This document shows positions 1 through 9,713 of a stretch of 44,236 nt of DNA, one piece after another (within the stretch, counting starts at the first letter, position 1; each line of letters starts with the position of its first letter). The stretch spans positions 1 through 44,236 of the forward strand of contig JAPLDX010000045.1 of NCBI GenBank assembly GCA_026391215.1, written 5' to 3'. This DNA comes from Bacteroidia bacterium (lineage in GTDB: Bacteria; Bacteroidota; Bacteroidia; Bacteroidales; VadinHA17). Under the pieces are notes generated by a model that saw nothing but the letters and a program-made list of their open reading frames with translations, was not told where the DNA came from and searched no databases. The position numbers were made by a program, and so were the translations under genes.

Positions 1-807
1 GAAAGCGCTGATTTGATTTCAGCCCAAACAGTCATTGATGAGAAATTTTCTTTCACAGGCTGGAGCGGTGAGACAAGAAAATTCATGATCAATTATACTG
101 TAAAGATGCCTGTATGGATGGATCTTACCCTTTCCAACAAATATGGCAATACAGAACTTGATGATCTTACCGGGCTGGTAAATCTCACCATTAAATACGG
201 CAACCTGTCGGCCGCAAAGCTAACGAGGGGAAATGAAAAACCTCTGAACTCCCTGAACCTTGCTTACGGGAAAGCCTCAGTTGAAGAAGCAGGATGGCTC
301 GATATTGTAGTGAGGTATGCCGGGAATGTGACAATTTCAAAAAGCCAGGCTCTTCTGCTTGACAGCAAATATTCAAAGCTTGTTTTCGGTACTGCAAGCT
401 CAATTGTCGGTGAAACCAGGTATGACAACATCAGGATTGAAAGCATCAATAATTTTATACTTGATACCGGATATGCCGATGTCAATATAGGATTACTTAC
501 AAAGAAATTAAAATTTGACGGAAGCTACAGTTCCCTCAATGTTGACAGGGTCCCTGCAAGCTTTGAATCAATTGAGATCAATTCAAGATATACAGGTGTA
601 AAGGTTGCAATTGATGAATCAGCAAGTTTCAACCTGGATGGGAAAGTCTCCTACGGCGGACTGAAATTCAATGAAGAGAACTTCAAGTATACAAGACGCA
701 TCACAGAAAATAACTCAACCGAGGTATCGGGTACCGTCGGAAAAGATGAGTCGCCATCTTCAACCGTCAGGGTGGAGGCATCATACGGTACTGTAAAACT
801 TTATTAA
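1..807 (+). CDS. 5'-truncated beta-strand-repeat protein (DUF4097/putative adhesin-like)
   Basis: The frame is open from base 1. It carries repeated 'xKYG/xxYG/xYS' beta-strand motifs (SNKYGN, IKYGN, LAYGK, SKYSK, SYGG, ASYGTVKLY) typical of Bacteroidota DUF4097-like proteins. Confidence 0.6.
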   Translation, partial: ESADLISAQTVIDEKFSFTGWSGETRKFMINYTVKMPVWMDLTLSNKYGNTELDDLTGLVNLTIKYGNLSAAKLTRGNEKPLNSLNLAYGKASVEEAGWLDIVVRYAGNVTISKSQALLLDSKYSKLVFGTASSIVGETRYDNIRIESINNFILDTGYADVNIGLLTKKLKFDGSYSSLNVDRVPASFESIEINSRYTGVKVAIDESASFNLDGKVSYGGLKFNEENFKYTRRITENNSTEVSGTVGKDESPSSTVRVEASYGTVKLY

Positions 808-3278
808 AAATCCATCTCGACAACGGTAATTCCCGAGCCGCCCAATTCTACATGTTCATCGCGGAATGATTTTACCACATCCACGGTAGCCAGGTATTCC
901 CTGACCAGCTGCCGCAAAATGCCATTCCCCTTGCCATGAAGTATCCTCAGATTCCTGTGCTGTACCATTAATGCATTATCAATAAGATCCTGTACCTGTC
1001 TTATTGCTTCCTCTCCCCTCACTCCCCTGATATCTATCTCAGGCTTGAAATTAAGCTTTCGCTGGTTCACGGCAGGATCGCCTCCAGTATAAGCCTGCCC
1101 CGATTTAAGGCTCTTTTTGAGCTCTGCCCTGCTGATCCTTTCAATCTTATCGGCAGACACAAAGAACCTGAAGCTCCCTGTTTCAATCTGTACCATCTTA
1201 TCCTTTATCTCAACTATCTCTCCGGCAGCCATGGTCTCGATCATCCTTACGGCATCACCTGCCTTAAGGGATTTTTCCTGCTCTGGAGGTTCTGTGGAAA
1301 CTTCAGCTTTTTCTTTGGACTTGAATTTCTTTGCTTTCTGAGCCAGTTCAGAAATTTTCTTTTCTGCTACAGATTCATGTGGCACGACACTTTCGACTAT
1401 GTTTGTCCTGAATTCATCAAGTTGTTTGCGAACATCCCTGGTCTTCTCTTTCTCTGCCTGCGATTCCCTGATCTGCCTGATTGTATTCTCAATAAGACGA
1501 TTCGATTCTTTCAGGAGATCCTGAGCTTCATCCTTTGCCTTTGCAATTATCTCTTTCCTGAGTGATTTTGCTCCAGACAGTTCTTTTTCATATTCCCCGA
1601 TCAGCTCCTCAAGCCGTTTTTCATGATGTCTGATATCCTGTCTCTTTGTCTCCCAGTATCTCTTATCGCGGGCAATATCTTTAAGATGCCTGTCGTAGTT
1701 TATATTCTTTACCCCGACTTTCCCCGAAGCTTCATTAAGGATCTCTTCAGGCAAGCCTATCTTCCTGGCAATCTCAAAAGCAAATGAACTGCCGGGTTTG
1801 CCTATATAAAGCTGGAACAAAGGCTGCATAAGATGGTTATCGAATGCCATTGCCCCGTTTATGATCCCGTCGGTAAGAGAGGCAAAATGCTTCAGGTTGG
1901 TATAATGGGTAGTCAGCACCCCGAATACTTTCTTTTTGTTAAGCTCTCCAAGAATAGCCTCGGCAATTGAACCGCCGAGCATCGGCTCTGTTCCGGTACC
2001 AAATTCATCAATCAGGATCAGGCTTCTATCCCCTCCGTTTTTCAGGAAATATTTCATGCTTAAAAGGTGCGAGCTGTATGTACTTAAGTCATTTTCAATA
2101 CTTTGCTCATCACCAATATCTATAAGTATATCCCTGAATATCCCGGCTTCCGAACTTTCTTCCATTGGGATTGTAAGTCCGCATTGAAACATATATTGAA
2201 GCAATCCCACTGTTTTAAGGCACACCGATTTCCCCCCCGCATTGGGTCCTGAAATGACAAGTATCCTGTTCTTTTCATCGAGCTGGATATCAAGGGGAAC
2301 CACTTTCCTTCCGGGAACTTTTTCAAATGTAATTTTCAGCAACGGATGAACAGCCTTTTTCCAGCTTATGAAAGGTTTATCCGTTAATGCAGGAACTATT
2401 GAATTAAGGTGATTCCCAAGAAGAGCCTTTGCCCTGAGAAAATCCATTTCGCCCAGGAAATCACCAGATGTGAGAAGGTCATCAATATATGGCCTTATGT
2501 TATCGGCAAATGCCGTTAATATTTTAACGATCTCTCTCTTTTCCTCGTATTCCAGCTCAACAATATCATTGTTTATTTCAACAATATCTTCAGGCTCAAT
2601 AAATACAGTTTTTCCGCTGGCTGACTGGTCATGGATCAGGCCCCTGATCCTTCTCTTGTCATAGGTACTTACCGGTATCACTCCTCTCCCGTTCCTTACT
2701 GATACGACAGTATCTGAATCGACTATTCCATCAGTCTGAGCCTGTCTTAGGATCGCATTGAGCCGTTTGGTTGCCTGGATTGCTTTTGATACGATCTCTG
2801 ACCTTATTTCCTTAAGCCTGGAAGATGCATTATCCTTAACTGCTCCATGCTTGTCAATGATCCTGTCGATTGAATCGAGGACATAGGGATAGGTTTTGAC
2901 TGAGCTGGTCATTTTCTTCAGGGCAGGATACCTGACATCTTCCCTGTTCCTGAAGAAATTAATGATAGATTTCACTGTTTCCAGGGATCGTTTGAGGTCA
3001 AACAGTTCTCTCACTTCGGGGAAAGTGCCTTCTATCCTGATTTTATTAAGACAATCTGAAAAGCTATAATAGTTATCTGATGGAAAATTCTCTTCAATTT
3101 TCAGGAGCTGCTGGAATTCAAAAGCAGCCGACAGCTGTTCTGAAATTATGCTGAAATCCGTATTGAACCTGATTTTATCGACCTTCTCAGTGCCCATGGT
3201 GCTAAGGCATTTTTCCTTCAGAAGGATTCTGATGCGGTCAAAGCCGATCTTGGATTCGAAGTTTTCGGGATAGATCAT
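804..3278 (-). CDS. mutS2: Endonuclease MutS2 (MutS ATPase plus C-terminal Smr domain)
   Basis: Walker A SGPNAGGKS, DIGDEQSIENDLSTYSSHL, LIDEFGTGTEP, coiled coil, Smr domain IDIRG...ILHGKGNGILR...GGSGITVV. Confidence 0.95.
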   Translation of the reverse strand: MIYPENFESKIGFDRIRILLKEKCLSTMGTEKVDKIRFNTDFSIISEQLSAAFEFQQLLKIEENFPSDNYYSFSDCLNKIRIEGTFPEVRELFDLKRSLETVKSIINFFRNREDVRYPALKKMTSSVKTYPYVLDSIDRIIDKHGAVKDNASSRLKEIRSEIVSKAIQATKRLNAILRQAQTDGIVDSDTVVSVRNGRGVIPVSTYDKRRIRGLIHDQSASGKTVFIEPEDIVEINNDIVELEYEEKREIVKILTAFADNIRPYIDDLLTSGDFLGEMDFLRAKALLGNHLNSIVPALTDKPFISWKKAVHPLLKITFEKVPGRKVVPLDIQLDEKNRILVISGPNAGGKSVCLKTVGLLQYMFQCGLTIPMEESSEAGIFRDILIDIGDEQSIENDLSTYSSHLLSMKYFLKNGGDRSLILIDEFGTGTEPMLGGSIAEAILGELNKKKVFGVLTTHYTNLKHFASLTDGIINGAMAFDNHLMQPLFQLYIGKPGSSFAFEIARKIGLPEEILNEASGKVGVKNINYDRHLKDIARDKRYWETKRQDIRHHEKRLEELIGEYEKELSGAKSLRKEIIAKAKDEAQDLLKESNRLIENTIRQIRESQAEKEKTRDVRKQLDEFRTNIVESVVPHESVAEKKISELAQKAKKFKSKEKAEVSTEPPEQEKSLKAGDAVRMIETMAAGEIVEIKDKMVQIETGSFRFFVSADKIERISRAELKKSLKSGQAYTGGDPAVNQRKLNFKPEIDIRGVRGEEAIRQVQDLIDNALMVQHRNLRILHGKGNGILRQLVREYLATVDVVKSFRDEHVELGGSGITVVEMDF

Positions 3279-3286
3279 AACAAAGG

Positions 3287-3294
3287 CAAAAGTA
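3287..3294 (-). promoter_or_regulatory. Bacteroidota sigma-A -7 box (TACTTTTG) for mutS2
   Basis: Matches the TAnnTTTG consensus on the minus strand just upstream of the mutS2 ATG. Confidence 0.5.
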
Positions 3295-3397
3295 ACCAGA
3301 TTAAGTTAAATTTCGTTAAATCATTTAATTATGTATGGATATCGATAGTCAATTTTGCTTACATTTATTTCCCTTAAATAAACCTAATTACCGGACA

Positions 3398-4966
3398 ATG
3401 AAAATTAAGAAATTAAGCATCAGCATTTGTCTTCTGCTTATTATGCCTTTTTGGCTTTTGGCACAGACAGAAAAGGTTGATCTTGAGATGATCTACAAGA
3501 TCAAACAGGAGGGTATGAATAATTCGAAAGTTGAAGATCTTGCCTTCGGTATGACCGATTTTGTCGGGCCAAGGCTTACCGGCTCAACCGGAAACACACG
3601 CGGCAATGATTGGGCAAAACAGAAGATGGAAGAGTTTGGATTTCAGAATGTAAGGATTGAAGAGGCCAGGGACTTCAATCGCGGAGGCTGGGATAACCTG
3701 AAAACTTATGCTGCAATGACGGCACCTTACTACATAAACTTTGCATGTAACCCTGTAGCCTGGACCGGCAGTACAAATGGCCTTATCAAGGGAGCAGTTG
3801 TAATCGTGGATGTAAAGGCAGAAGCGGATCTGGAAAAATATAAAGGCACACTCAATGGGAAAATAGTCCTTATACCTTCAACATCTACTAATGAAATAAG
3901 ATATGAACCGCTGGCAAGCAGGCTTACGGACCAGCAGCTGAAAGATATGAGCATGGAATCGGGTCAACCTTCGGGAAGAAGACCCCAGATGCCATTTGAT
4001 ATGGCTTCAATGATGGCACAGAGACAACTAAGGAACAAGATTGGTGAATTGCTTAAAAGTGAAGGAGTTGCTGTTATACTTAACAGTGCAGGAACATATA
4101 ATATCCCAAGATCTACGGGTACCGGGTATAATTCAGGCGATCCGGAACCTATTCCCGAACTCAATCTCCCGATTGAAGATCATGGCAGGATGGAAAGGCT
4201 TATCCGAAAAGAAGTTCCTGTTGAAATTGAAATTGAGATTCTGAATAAGTTTATCCCGGCGCCCAAGGTCTATAATGTGATAGGGGAAATACCCGGTACA
4301 GATAAACTGCTGAAGAATGAGGTCGTTCTGATTGGAGCCCACTATGATTCATGGCATGGAGGCACAGGCGCTGCAGATGATGCATCAGGATGTCTTGTGA
4401 TGATGGAAGCGCTCCGGATTCTTAAAAGCCTCAATGTCGCTCCCAGGAGGACAATAAGGGTAGCTTTGTGGGGCGGAGAGGAACAGGGGATGTATGGTTC
4501 ACGAGGATATGTTGACAAGTATCTTGTAGATCCTAAAACCAATGAGAATAAGCCAGATTTTAACGGATTTGCAGCATACTTCAATATGGATAACGGCTCG
4601 GGACGGTACAGGGGTATTTACCTGCAGCAGAATGAGATGGTAAGGCCAATATTTGAACAATGGCTCGAACCTTTTGAATCCCTGGGGTGTTCAACAATCA
4701 CATTAAGAAATACCGGCGGCACTGACCATCAGTCATTTGACAGGTACGGACTTCCGGCATTCCAGTTCATCCAGGATGAGATTGAATATGGCCGCGGTTA
4801 TCATACGGTTATGGATACTTATGAAAGACTGGTTATGGCTGATCTGAGGATAAATGCAATTATCACTGCAACTTTTGCCTATAATGCTGCAATGAGAGAT
4901 CAGAAACTGCCAAGGAAACCCGAGATGAGACCACGGGGAGAACCACAGGGTCCGCCGATGTTCTGA
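3398..4966 (+). CDS. Secreted M28-family metallopeptidase (carboxypeptidase Q-like, with PA-domain insert)
   Basis: Signal peptide from ATG 3398 (MKIKKLSISICLLLIMPFWLLA-Q). Zn-ligand motifs GAHYDSW, GAADDASG, WGGEEQG, FNMDN and YHT. Confidence 0.9.
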   Translation: MKIKKLSISICLLLIMPFWLLAQTEKVDLEMIYKIKQEGMNNSKVEDLAFGMTDFVGPRLTGSTGNTRGNDWAKQKMEEFGFQNVRIEEARDFNRGGWDNLKTYAAMTAPYYINFACNPVAWTGSTNGLIKGAVVIVDVKAEADLEKYKGTLNGKIVLIPSTSTNEIRYEPLASRLTDQQLKDMSMESGQPSGRRPQMPFDMASMMAQRQLRNKIGELLKSEGVAVILNSAGTYNIPRSTGTGYNSGDPEPIPELNLPIEDHGRMERLIRKEVPVEIEIEILNKFIPAPKVYNVIGEIPGTDKLLKNEVVLIGAHYDSWHGGTGAADDASGCLVMMEALRILKSLNVAPRRTIRVALWGGEEQGMYGSRGYVDKYLVDPKTNENKPDFNGFAAYFNMDNGSGRYRGIYLQQNEMVRPIFEQWLEPFESLGCSTITLRNTGGTDHQSFDRYGLPAFQFIQDEIEYGRGYHTVMDTYERLVMADLRINAIITATFAYNAAMRDQKLPRKPEMRPRGEPQGPPMF

Positions 4967-4983
4967 CATTTAAATCATTCCAT

Positions 4984-5021
4984 AAGCAGTAGAGGCGTTG
5001 CATATAACGTCTCTACTGCTT
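4984..5021. repeat. GTAG-type REP-like palindrome, probably acting as a bidirectional terminator between convergent genes
   Basis: aagcaGTAGAGGCGTTG-cata-TAACGTCTCTACtgctt is a 17-bp imperfect stem with a GTAG...CTAC core (4989-5016). Confidence 0.7.
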
Positions 5022-7151
5022 TATATCTGCATCTTTCATTGAAAGCTGTATCCGCTTCCTGTCGATATCAACTGAGAGCACCTTCACTATTACATGCTGA
5101 TTAAGCTTTACAACTGTTGAGGGATCACTGACATAGGTTTTGCTGAGGTTAGAAATGTGAACCAGCCCGTCCTGCTTTATGCCAATATCGACAAAAGCCC
5201 CGAATTTTGTAACATTTGTAACAATTCCGGGAACTACCATACCAGGTACGAGATCTCCCATATCATGGATATCGGCAAAACTGAATTCTTTGATCTTTGA
5301 CCTGGGATCACGGCCAGGCTTTGAAAGCTCATCCATGATATCCTTCAGCGTCGGCAGTCCTGTGACTGGAGTAATATATTTCTCAAGCACTATTTCTTTT
5401 CTCTTGCTTTCATCGCTGATCAGCTCCTTTACATCACAGCCCAGGTCTTTTGACATTTTTTCCACGACATAATAACTCTCGGGATGAACAGCGCTGCGAT
5501 CAAGAGGGTTTTCAGCGTTCCTGATCCTCAGGAATCCCGCACTCTGCTCGAAGGCTTTGACACCCATCCTTTTTACTTTAAGCAGCTCTTTCCGGGATTT
5601 GAAAGGGCCGGTTTCTGTACGGTAATCAACAATATTCTGAGCCAGCTGGGGACCTAGTCCCGACACATAGTTAAGAAGATGACTGCTTGCCGTGTTGACT
5701 TCAACCCCTACAGCATTGACACAGCTCATAACAACTTCATCAAGTGCATTCTGAAGCTTCTGCTGATCGACATCATGCTGGTACTGCCCCACTCCTATTG
5801 ATTTTGGGTCAATCTTAACGAGCTCGGCAAGAGGATCCATAAGTCTTCTTCCGATAGAAACAGCGCCTCTTACCGTGACGTCATAATCAGGGAATTCGTC
5901 CCTTGCGACTTTAGAAGCCGAATAGATAGAAGCACCTGCTTCGCTTACCACAAACACCTGGAGATCATTCTCAAATTTTACATACTTGATAAAGTCCTCT
6001 GTTTCCCGGCTGGCAGTTCCGTTACCTATTGCTATCGCTTCAATCTTATATGAATTTACCAGGGTGAGCACTTTTTTAACCGACAGAGCTGTCTGATTCT
6101 GAGGCGGATGCGGATAGATAGTCTCATTATGCAAAAGGGATCCCTGCCTGTCAAGACAAACAACTTTACATCCTGTTCTGAATCCTGGATCAATTGCAAG
6201 AACATTCTTTTCACCAAGAGGCGAGGCAAGCATGAGCTGCCGAAGATTATCAGCAAATACTTTTATGGCTTCCTCGTCTGCTTTTTCCTTTGATATATTC
6301 CTGAATTCAGTTTCCATTGACGAAGAAAGCAATCGCTTCCAGCTGTCCCGGACAGAATTTCTGACAAGTTCAGATGATTCGTTCTTCTCTTTGACAAATA
6401 AAGAATCCAGGATCTCCAGTGCATTTTCTTCCACCGGTTCAATTGACAGCTTCAGGAACCCTTCGTCTTCGCCTCTTCTCATAGCAAGCAGCCGGTGTGA
6501 AGGACACCTCCTGAGCGGCTCTGACCAGTCAAAATAGTCACTGAATTTGATACCTTCCGTCTCTTTCCCCTTAACAACTTTTGAATATATAACAGCCTCT
6601 TTGTCAAATAGATATCTAAGCCTTTTCCTTGCTGATTCATCTTCATTTATCCATTCCGCTATAATATCGCATGCACCTGCAAGAGCATCAACTGCTGAAT
6701 GAACATCATCATTCAGAAACTCCCCGGCTTTACTGAAAGGATCTGTTTCCTGCTGCTTAAAGATTATTTCAGCCAGAGGTTCAAGGCCTTTTTCCCTTGC
6801 GACTGTTGCGCGTGTCCGCCTTTTGGGACGATAAGGAAGATAGATATCTTCAAGCTCAGCCATTGTCTCAGCATTCTTAAGCTTTTGCAAAAGCTCAGGA
6901 GTCATCTTCTCCTGCTCTTCAATTGATTTGATAACACTTTCCCTGCGTGCATCAAGCTCTTTCAGCCGGTCATATTCATTTTTTATATGAAGGAGCTGCA
7001 CCTCATCAAGACTGCCGGTCATTTCTTTCCTGTAACGGCTTATGAACGGTATTGTCGCACCGTCATCCATCAATCGAATGGTGTTCTCAACCTGCCATTC
7101 ATGTAATCCGAGTTTTTTCGAGATCTGCTCTATATGTTTATTTGTGCTCAT
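5013..7151 (-). CDS. tex: Tex family RNA-binding transcription accessory protein (YqgF, HhH and S1 domains)
   Basis: GATIPFISRYRKEMTGSLDE, AIDPGFRTGCK, IAIGNGTASRET, DPKSIGVGQYQHDV, C-terminal S1 domain (FGAFVDIGIKQDGLVHIS). Confidence 0.95.
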   Translation of the reverse strand: MSTNKHIEQISKKLGLHEWQVENTIRLMDDGATIPFISRYRKEMTGSLDEVQLLHIKNEYDRLKELDARRESVIKSIEEQEKMTPELLQKLKNAETMAELEDIYLPYRPKRRTRATVAREKGLEPLAEIIFKQQETDPFSKAGEFLNDDVHSAVDALAGACDIIAEWINEDESARKRLRYLFDKEAVIYSKVVKGKETEGIKFSDYFDWSEPLRRCPSHRLLAMRRGEDEGFLKLSIEPVEENALEILDSLFVKEKNESSELVRNSVRDSWKRLLSSSMETEFRNISKEKADEEAIKVFADNLRQLMLASPLGEKNVLAIDPGFRTGCKVVCLDRQGSLLHNETIYPHPPQNQTALSVKKVLTLVNSYKIEAIAIGNGTASRETEDFIKYVKFENDLQVFVVSEAGASIYSASKVARDEFPDYDVTVRGAVSIGRRLMDPLAELVKIDPKSIGVGQYQHDVDQQKLQNALDEVVMSCVNAVGVEVNTASSHLLNYVSGLGPQLAQNIVDYRTETGPFKSRKELLKVKRMGVKAFEQSAGFLRIRNAENPLDRSAVHPESYYVVEKMSKDLGCDVKELISDESKRKEIVLEKYITPVTGLPTLKDIMDELSKPGRDPRSKIKEFSFADIHDMGDLVPGMVVPGIVTNVTKFGAFVDIGIKQDGLVHISNLSKTYVSDPSTVVKLNQHVIVKVLSVDIDRKRIQLSMKDADIKQ

Positions 7152-7182
7152 AGCTTATCTGTAATTCTTATTTCTATTAAAT

Positions 7183-7297
7183 GTACTCACCCCCTTAATC
7201 CCCCTCTCTACTTCGTAAAGAGGGGGAAACTAATTTATTATCAGTCTTTTAGCACCCCCTCTTTGCTTTAGCAGAGAGGGGGCTGGGGGGTGAGTAC
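7183..7297. repeat. Inverted dimer of a ~45-bp palindromic unit (REPIN/BIME- or MITE-like element)
   Basis: Perfect 12-bp terminal inverted repeat GTACTCACCCCC (7183-7194) / GGGGGTGAGTAC (7286-7297). It encloses two CCCCCTCT...AGAGGGGG hairpins (7199-7227 and 7255-7282) and an AT-rich spacer. Confidence 0.8.
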
Positions 7298-7304
7298 GTG
7301 ATGC

Positions 7305-8486
7305 TTATTCTACATAAATCACCAGCCCTTTCAGGTATTCGCTTTCAGGGTGATAGATATTAACAGGATGATCTGGCGGCTGGCTCAACTGGTGCAGTAT
7401 CTTCACCCTTCTTCCAGTATTGGCCGAAGCAGCAAAAACAGATTTTCTGAAATTCTCTTTAGTCACCACCTGCGAACAGGAAAATGTAAAGATGATGCCC
7501 CCCGGCTTAATTTGCTCTATGGCTTTCATATTCAGCCGTTTATATCCCTGAAGGGCATTCGCGAGAACATTATTATGTTTCGCAAAAGCAGGTGGATCAA
7601 GGATGATGAGATCATATCTGTCCTTTATATCATTCAGAAATTCAAATGCATCCGCTGTAAATGACTGATGCCGTTTATCATCTCCGTAATTCAGCCTGAT
7701 ATTCTCATCAGCCATCTCGATTGCACTGACTGAACTGTCAACAGTGTGTACAAGAGCGGCATTTTTCATTGCATAAACAGAAAAAGCACCCGTATATCCG
7801 AACATATTCAGAACGTTCCTGCCGTTTGTGGAATTACACAGCAGCTTCCTGTTTTCGCGCTGATCAATAAAAAATCCGGTTTTTTGTCCGGTTGTCCAGT
7901 CGATTTTGAATTTAAAGCCGTTTTCAGTTACTGTCACCGGACCGGAATCACCGTACAGGAATTCATTTGTGCCCTTTATTCCTGACATAAACGGGATGGT
8001 GCCCTCGCTCTTGTCATAAACTGCAATCAGCTTGTCCCCTGCCAGTTCGCGGAGTATTTCAGCAAATTCCTTTCTTAGCCTGTACATCCCTACTGAATGC
8101 ATCTGCATGACGGCAACACCATTATAAAAATCAATAATGAGTCCGGGCAGATCGTCTCCTTCCGCATGGACAATCCTGAACACATTTGTATCCGGATTGT
8201 CAAAAAGGCCGAGCGATTGCCTGTACTTTACCGCATCACCTATCCTTTTCCTGAAAAAATCGAGATCGGGTTCAATCTTTTCAAAGGATAGTATTCTTAC
8301 GGCAATTGATCCGGGCTGATAGTGTCCAGTCGCCAGGAAAGCATCTTTATTGTCATATACATCCACCAGGTCGCCTTCAGCAGGAGTTCCATAGATCTTC
8401 TTTATAGCGCCCGAAAATATCCATGGATGATATCTTCTTACTGCCTGGTCCTTTCCTGATTTCAGGATTATCTTAACTCTTTCCAC
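7305..8486 (-). CDS. rlmI: RlmI/RlmK-family class I SAM-dependent rRNA methyltransferase (PUA domain plus MTase)
   Basis: HPWIFSGAI PUA domain, HAEGDDLPGLIID, GQKTGFFIDQRENR, VLNMFGYTGAFS, IILDPPAFAK, TFSCS, EYLKG. GTG start. Confidence 0.85.
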   Translation of the reverse strand: MERVKIILKSGKDQAVRRYHPWIFSGAIKKIYGTPAEGDLVDVYDNKDAFLATGHYQPGSIAVRILSFEKIEPDLDFFRKRIGDAVKYRQSLGLFDNPDTNVFRIVHAEGDDLPGLIIDFYNGVAVMQMHSVGMYRLRKEFAEILRELAGDKLIAVYDKSEGTIPFMSGIKGTNEFLYGDSGPVTVTENGFKFKIDWTTGQKTGFFIDQRENRKLLCNSTNGRNVLNMFGYTGAFSVYAMKNAALVHTVDSSVSAIEMADENIRLNYGDDKRHQSFTADAFEFLNDIKDRYDLIILDPPAFAKHNNVLANALQGYKRLNMKAIEQIKPGGIIFTFSCSQVVTKENFRKSVFAASANTGRRVKILHQLSQPPDHPVNIYHPESEYLKGLVIYVE

Positions 8487-8489
8487 AAT

Positions 8490-9071
8490 TTAACAGGTCA
8501 GCTTTTTATATATTTCATAACACACCCATGCATCGGTTGCAGCATAAATTTGCTGAGCCTCCGAAAGCTTCTCTGCTTCCCAGTCGGTTACCTGCTGCCG
8601 CTTTGAGATGCGGAATCCCAGGATGATGGCTGTCAGCTTTTTAAGCCCTGAACTGGTGATGCCATGATCCTTAACCAGGTTCTGAAGATCAACAAATCCA
8701 TCAGGATCAAATTTTCTGACATTCTTAAGGAACCTGATATCGTCATGTACTGCCACACCGGCTTTGATCACTCCCGGATCAGCCATTATTTCGATCAGCT
8801 CGCGGGGGATCCCTATTTTATTGATCCTGAACAGACATGCAAGATCAGAGGTAGCCAGCTGGATAAGTGAAACTTTGTTCTTCTTCCCTTTTCTGAAGGA
8901 AGGCCGGGTTTCAGTATCAAAACCAAGGATCTTCTTTTTCTGAATCAATGGCAGTACTTTGCCAAAAGTCTCCGGATTGTCTACAACCACTATTTTGCCT
9001 CTGAACCACGATAGTTCATAATTTACCAGCTCCTCAGCTGAAATGTTCTCGCTATATTTATTCTTTGTCAT
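8490..9071 (-). CDS. DEDDy 3'-5' exonuclease (WRN/RNase D-like)
   Basis: ExoI GFDTET, LIQLAT, ExoII HDD, ExoIII YAATDAW. The start is placed at ATG 9071 (MTKNKY), which overlaps the stop of the upstream gene. Confidence 0.88.
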   Translation of the reverse strand: MTKNKYSENISAEELVNYELSWFRGKIVVVDNPETFGKVLPLIQKKKILGFDTETRPSFRKGKKNKVSLIQLATSDLACLFRINKIGIPRELIEIMADPGVIKAGVAVHDDIRFLKNVRKFDPDGFVDLQNLVKDHGITSSGLKKLTAIILGFRISKRQQVTDWEAEKLSEAQQIYAATDAWVCYEIYKKLTC

Positions 9072-9684
9072 CCCCTCTGAACTCCTTTTGTCTTTTTGTG
9101 ATGAACCACTTTGATGTATCCCTTTTGGCTTCATCTTCCTTTTCATCGGCTTCCAACCTCCCTATTTCTTCTCCTGAATAGATGAATTTATGGATTGCCC
9201 TCATAGCATTTACCAGCTTCTGTCCCCATATATTCTCAAAATTCATTCTGCATTCCCATATAGCATCATTCATAACCTCCTGTGTTCCTGTTTGATATAA
9301 AAGAAGGAAGTCTTTCAAGTCCTGGTAAATATCTGTCATGTTCTCTGCCAGGCTTGAGGAGACCAGTGTTTCCGGCTCATTGAATATGTCATTGGGGAGA
9401 TCAAGGTAATCGTTAGCAGTTCCGAACTTTTCCCTGAGTGTATTATGTATCTTATTCCAATCTGATTCCGTTACAAACTTCTCATTCCCGTCTTCAAAAA
9501 ATGGTTCCAGGGCTGGCAGCAGGGAGGCCTTCAGATATAGAAGAGGCAACAGGCGCTGCTGTATTTTAAGCATCTCATCACCTTTCAGTTCTGAGGCATG
9601 CTCCGAATACTTGCAGTATTCATTGGCAACAGCCACAAATTCGACAACGTTATGCGAATAAACAGGATCAGGTATATTATCCAT
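9058..9684 (-). CDS. DUF5063-family protein
   Basis: NVVEFVAVANEYC, LLPLLYLKASLLP, DIYQDLKDF and WGQKLVNAMRAIH resemble the Bacteroidota DUF5063 family. Gene order DUF5063-exonuclease-rlmI is as I recall it from Bacteroidales. Confidence 0.8.
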   Translation of the reverse strand: MDNIPDPVYSHNVVEFVAVANEYCKYSEHASELKGDEMLKIQQRLLPLLYLKASLLPALEPFFEDGNEKFVTESDWNKIHNTLREKFGTANDYLDLPNDIFNEPETLVSSSLAENMTDIYQDLKDFLLLYQTGTQEVMNDAIWECRMNFENIWGQKLVNAMRAIHKFIYSGEEIGRLEADEKEDEAKRDTSKWFITKRQKEFRGDDKE

Positions 9685-9705
9685 ACTTTTTTGTTAAACC
9701 GACTG

Positions 9706-9713
9706 CAAAATTA
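9706..9713 (-). promoter_or_regulatory. -7 box (TAATTTTG) for the DUF5063-exonuclease-rlmI-(tex) operon
   Basis: Exact TAnnTTTG match on the minus strand about 20 nt upstream of the ATG. Confidence 0.55.

Noticed and set aside
9072-9146. Long N-terminal extension of the exonuclease overlapping DUF5063 by 89 nt
   Set aside because: The extension is low-complexity and not domain-like. ATG 9071 gives a typical short coupled overlap. ORF-track starts at 3335, 9746, 19340, 20911, 25074, 29149 and 38837 were shortened for similar reasons.
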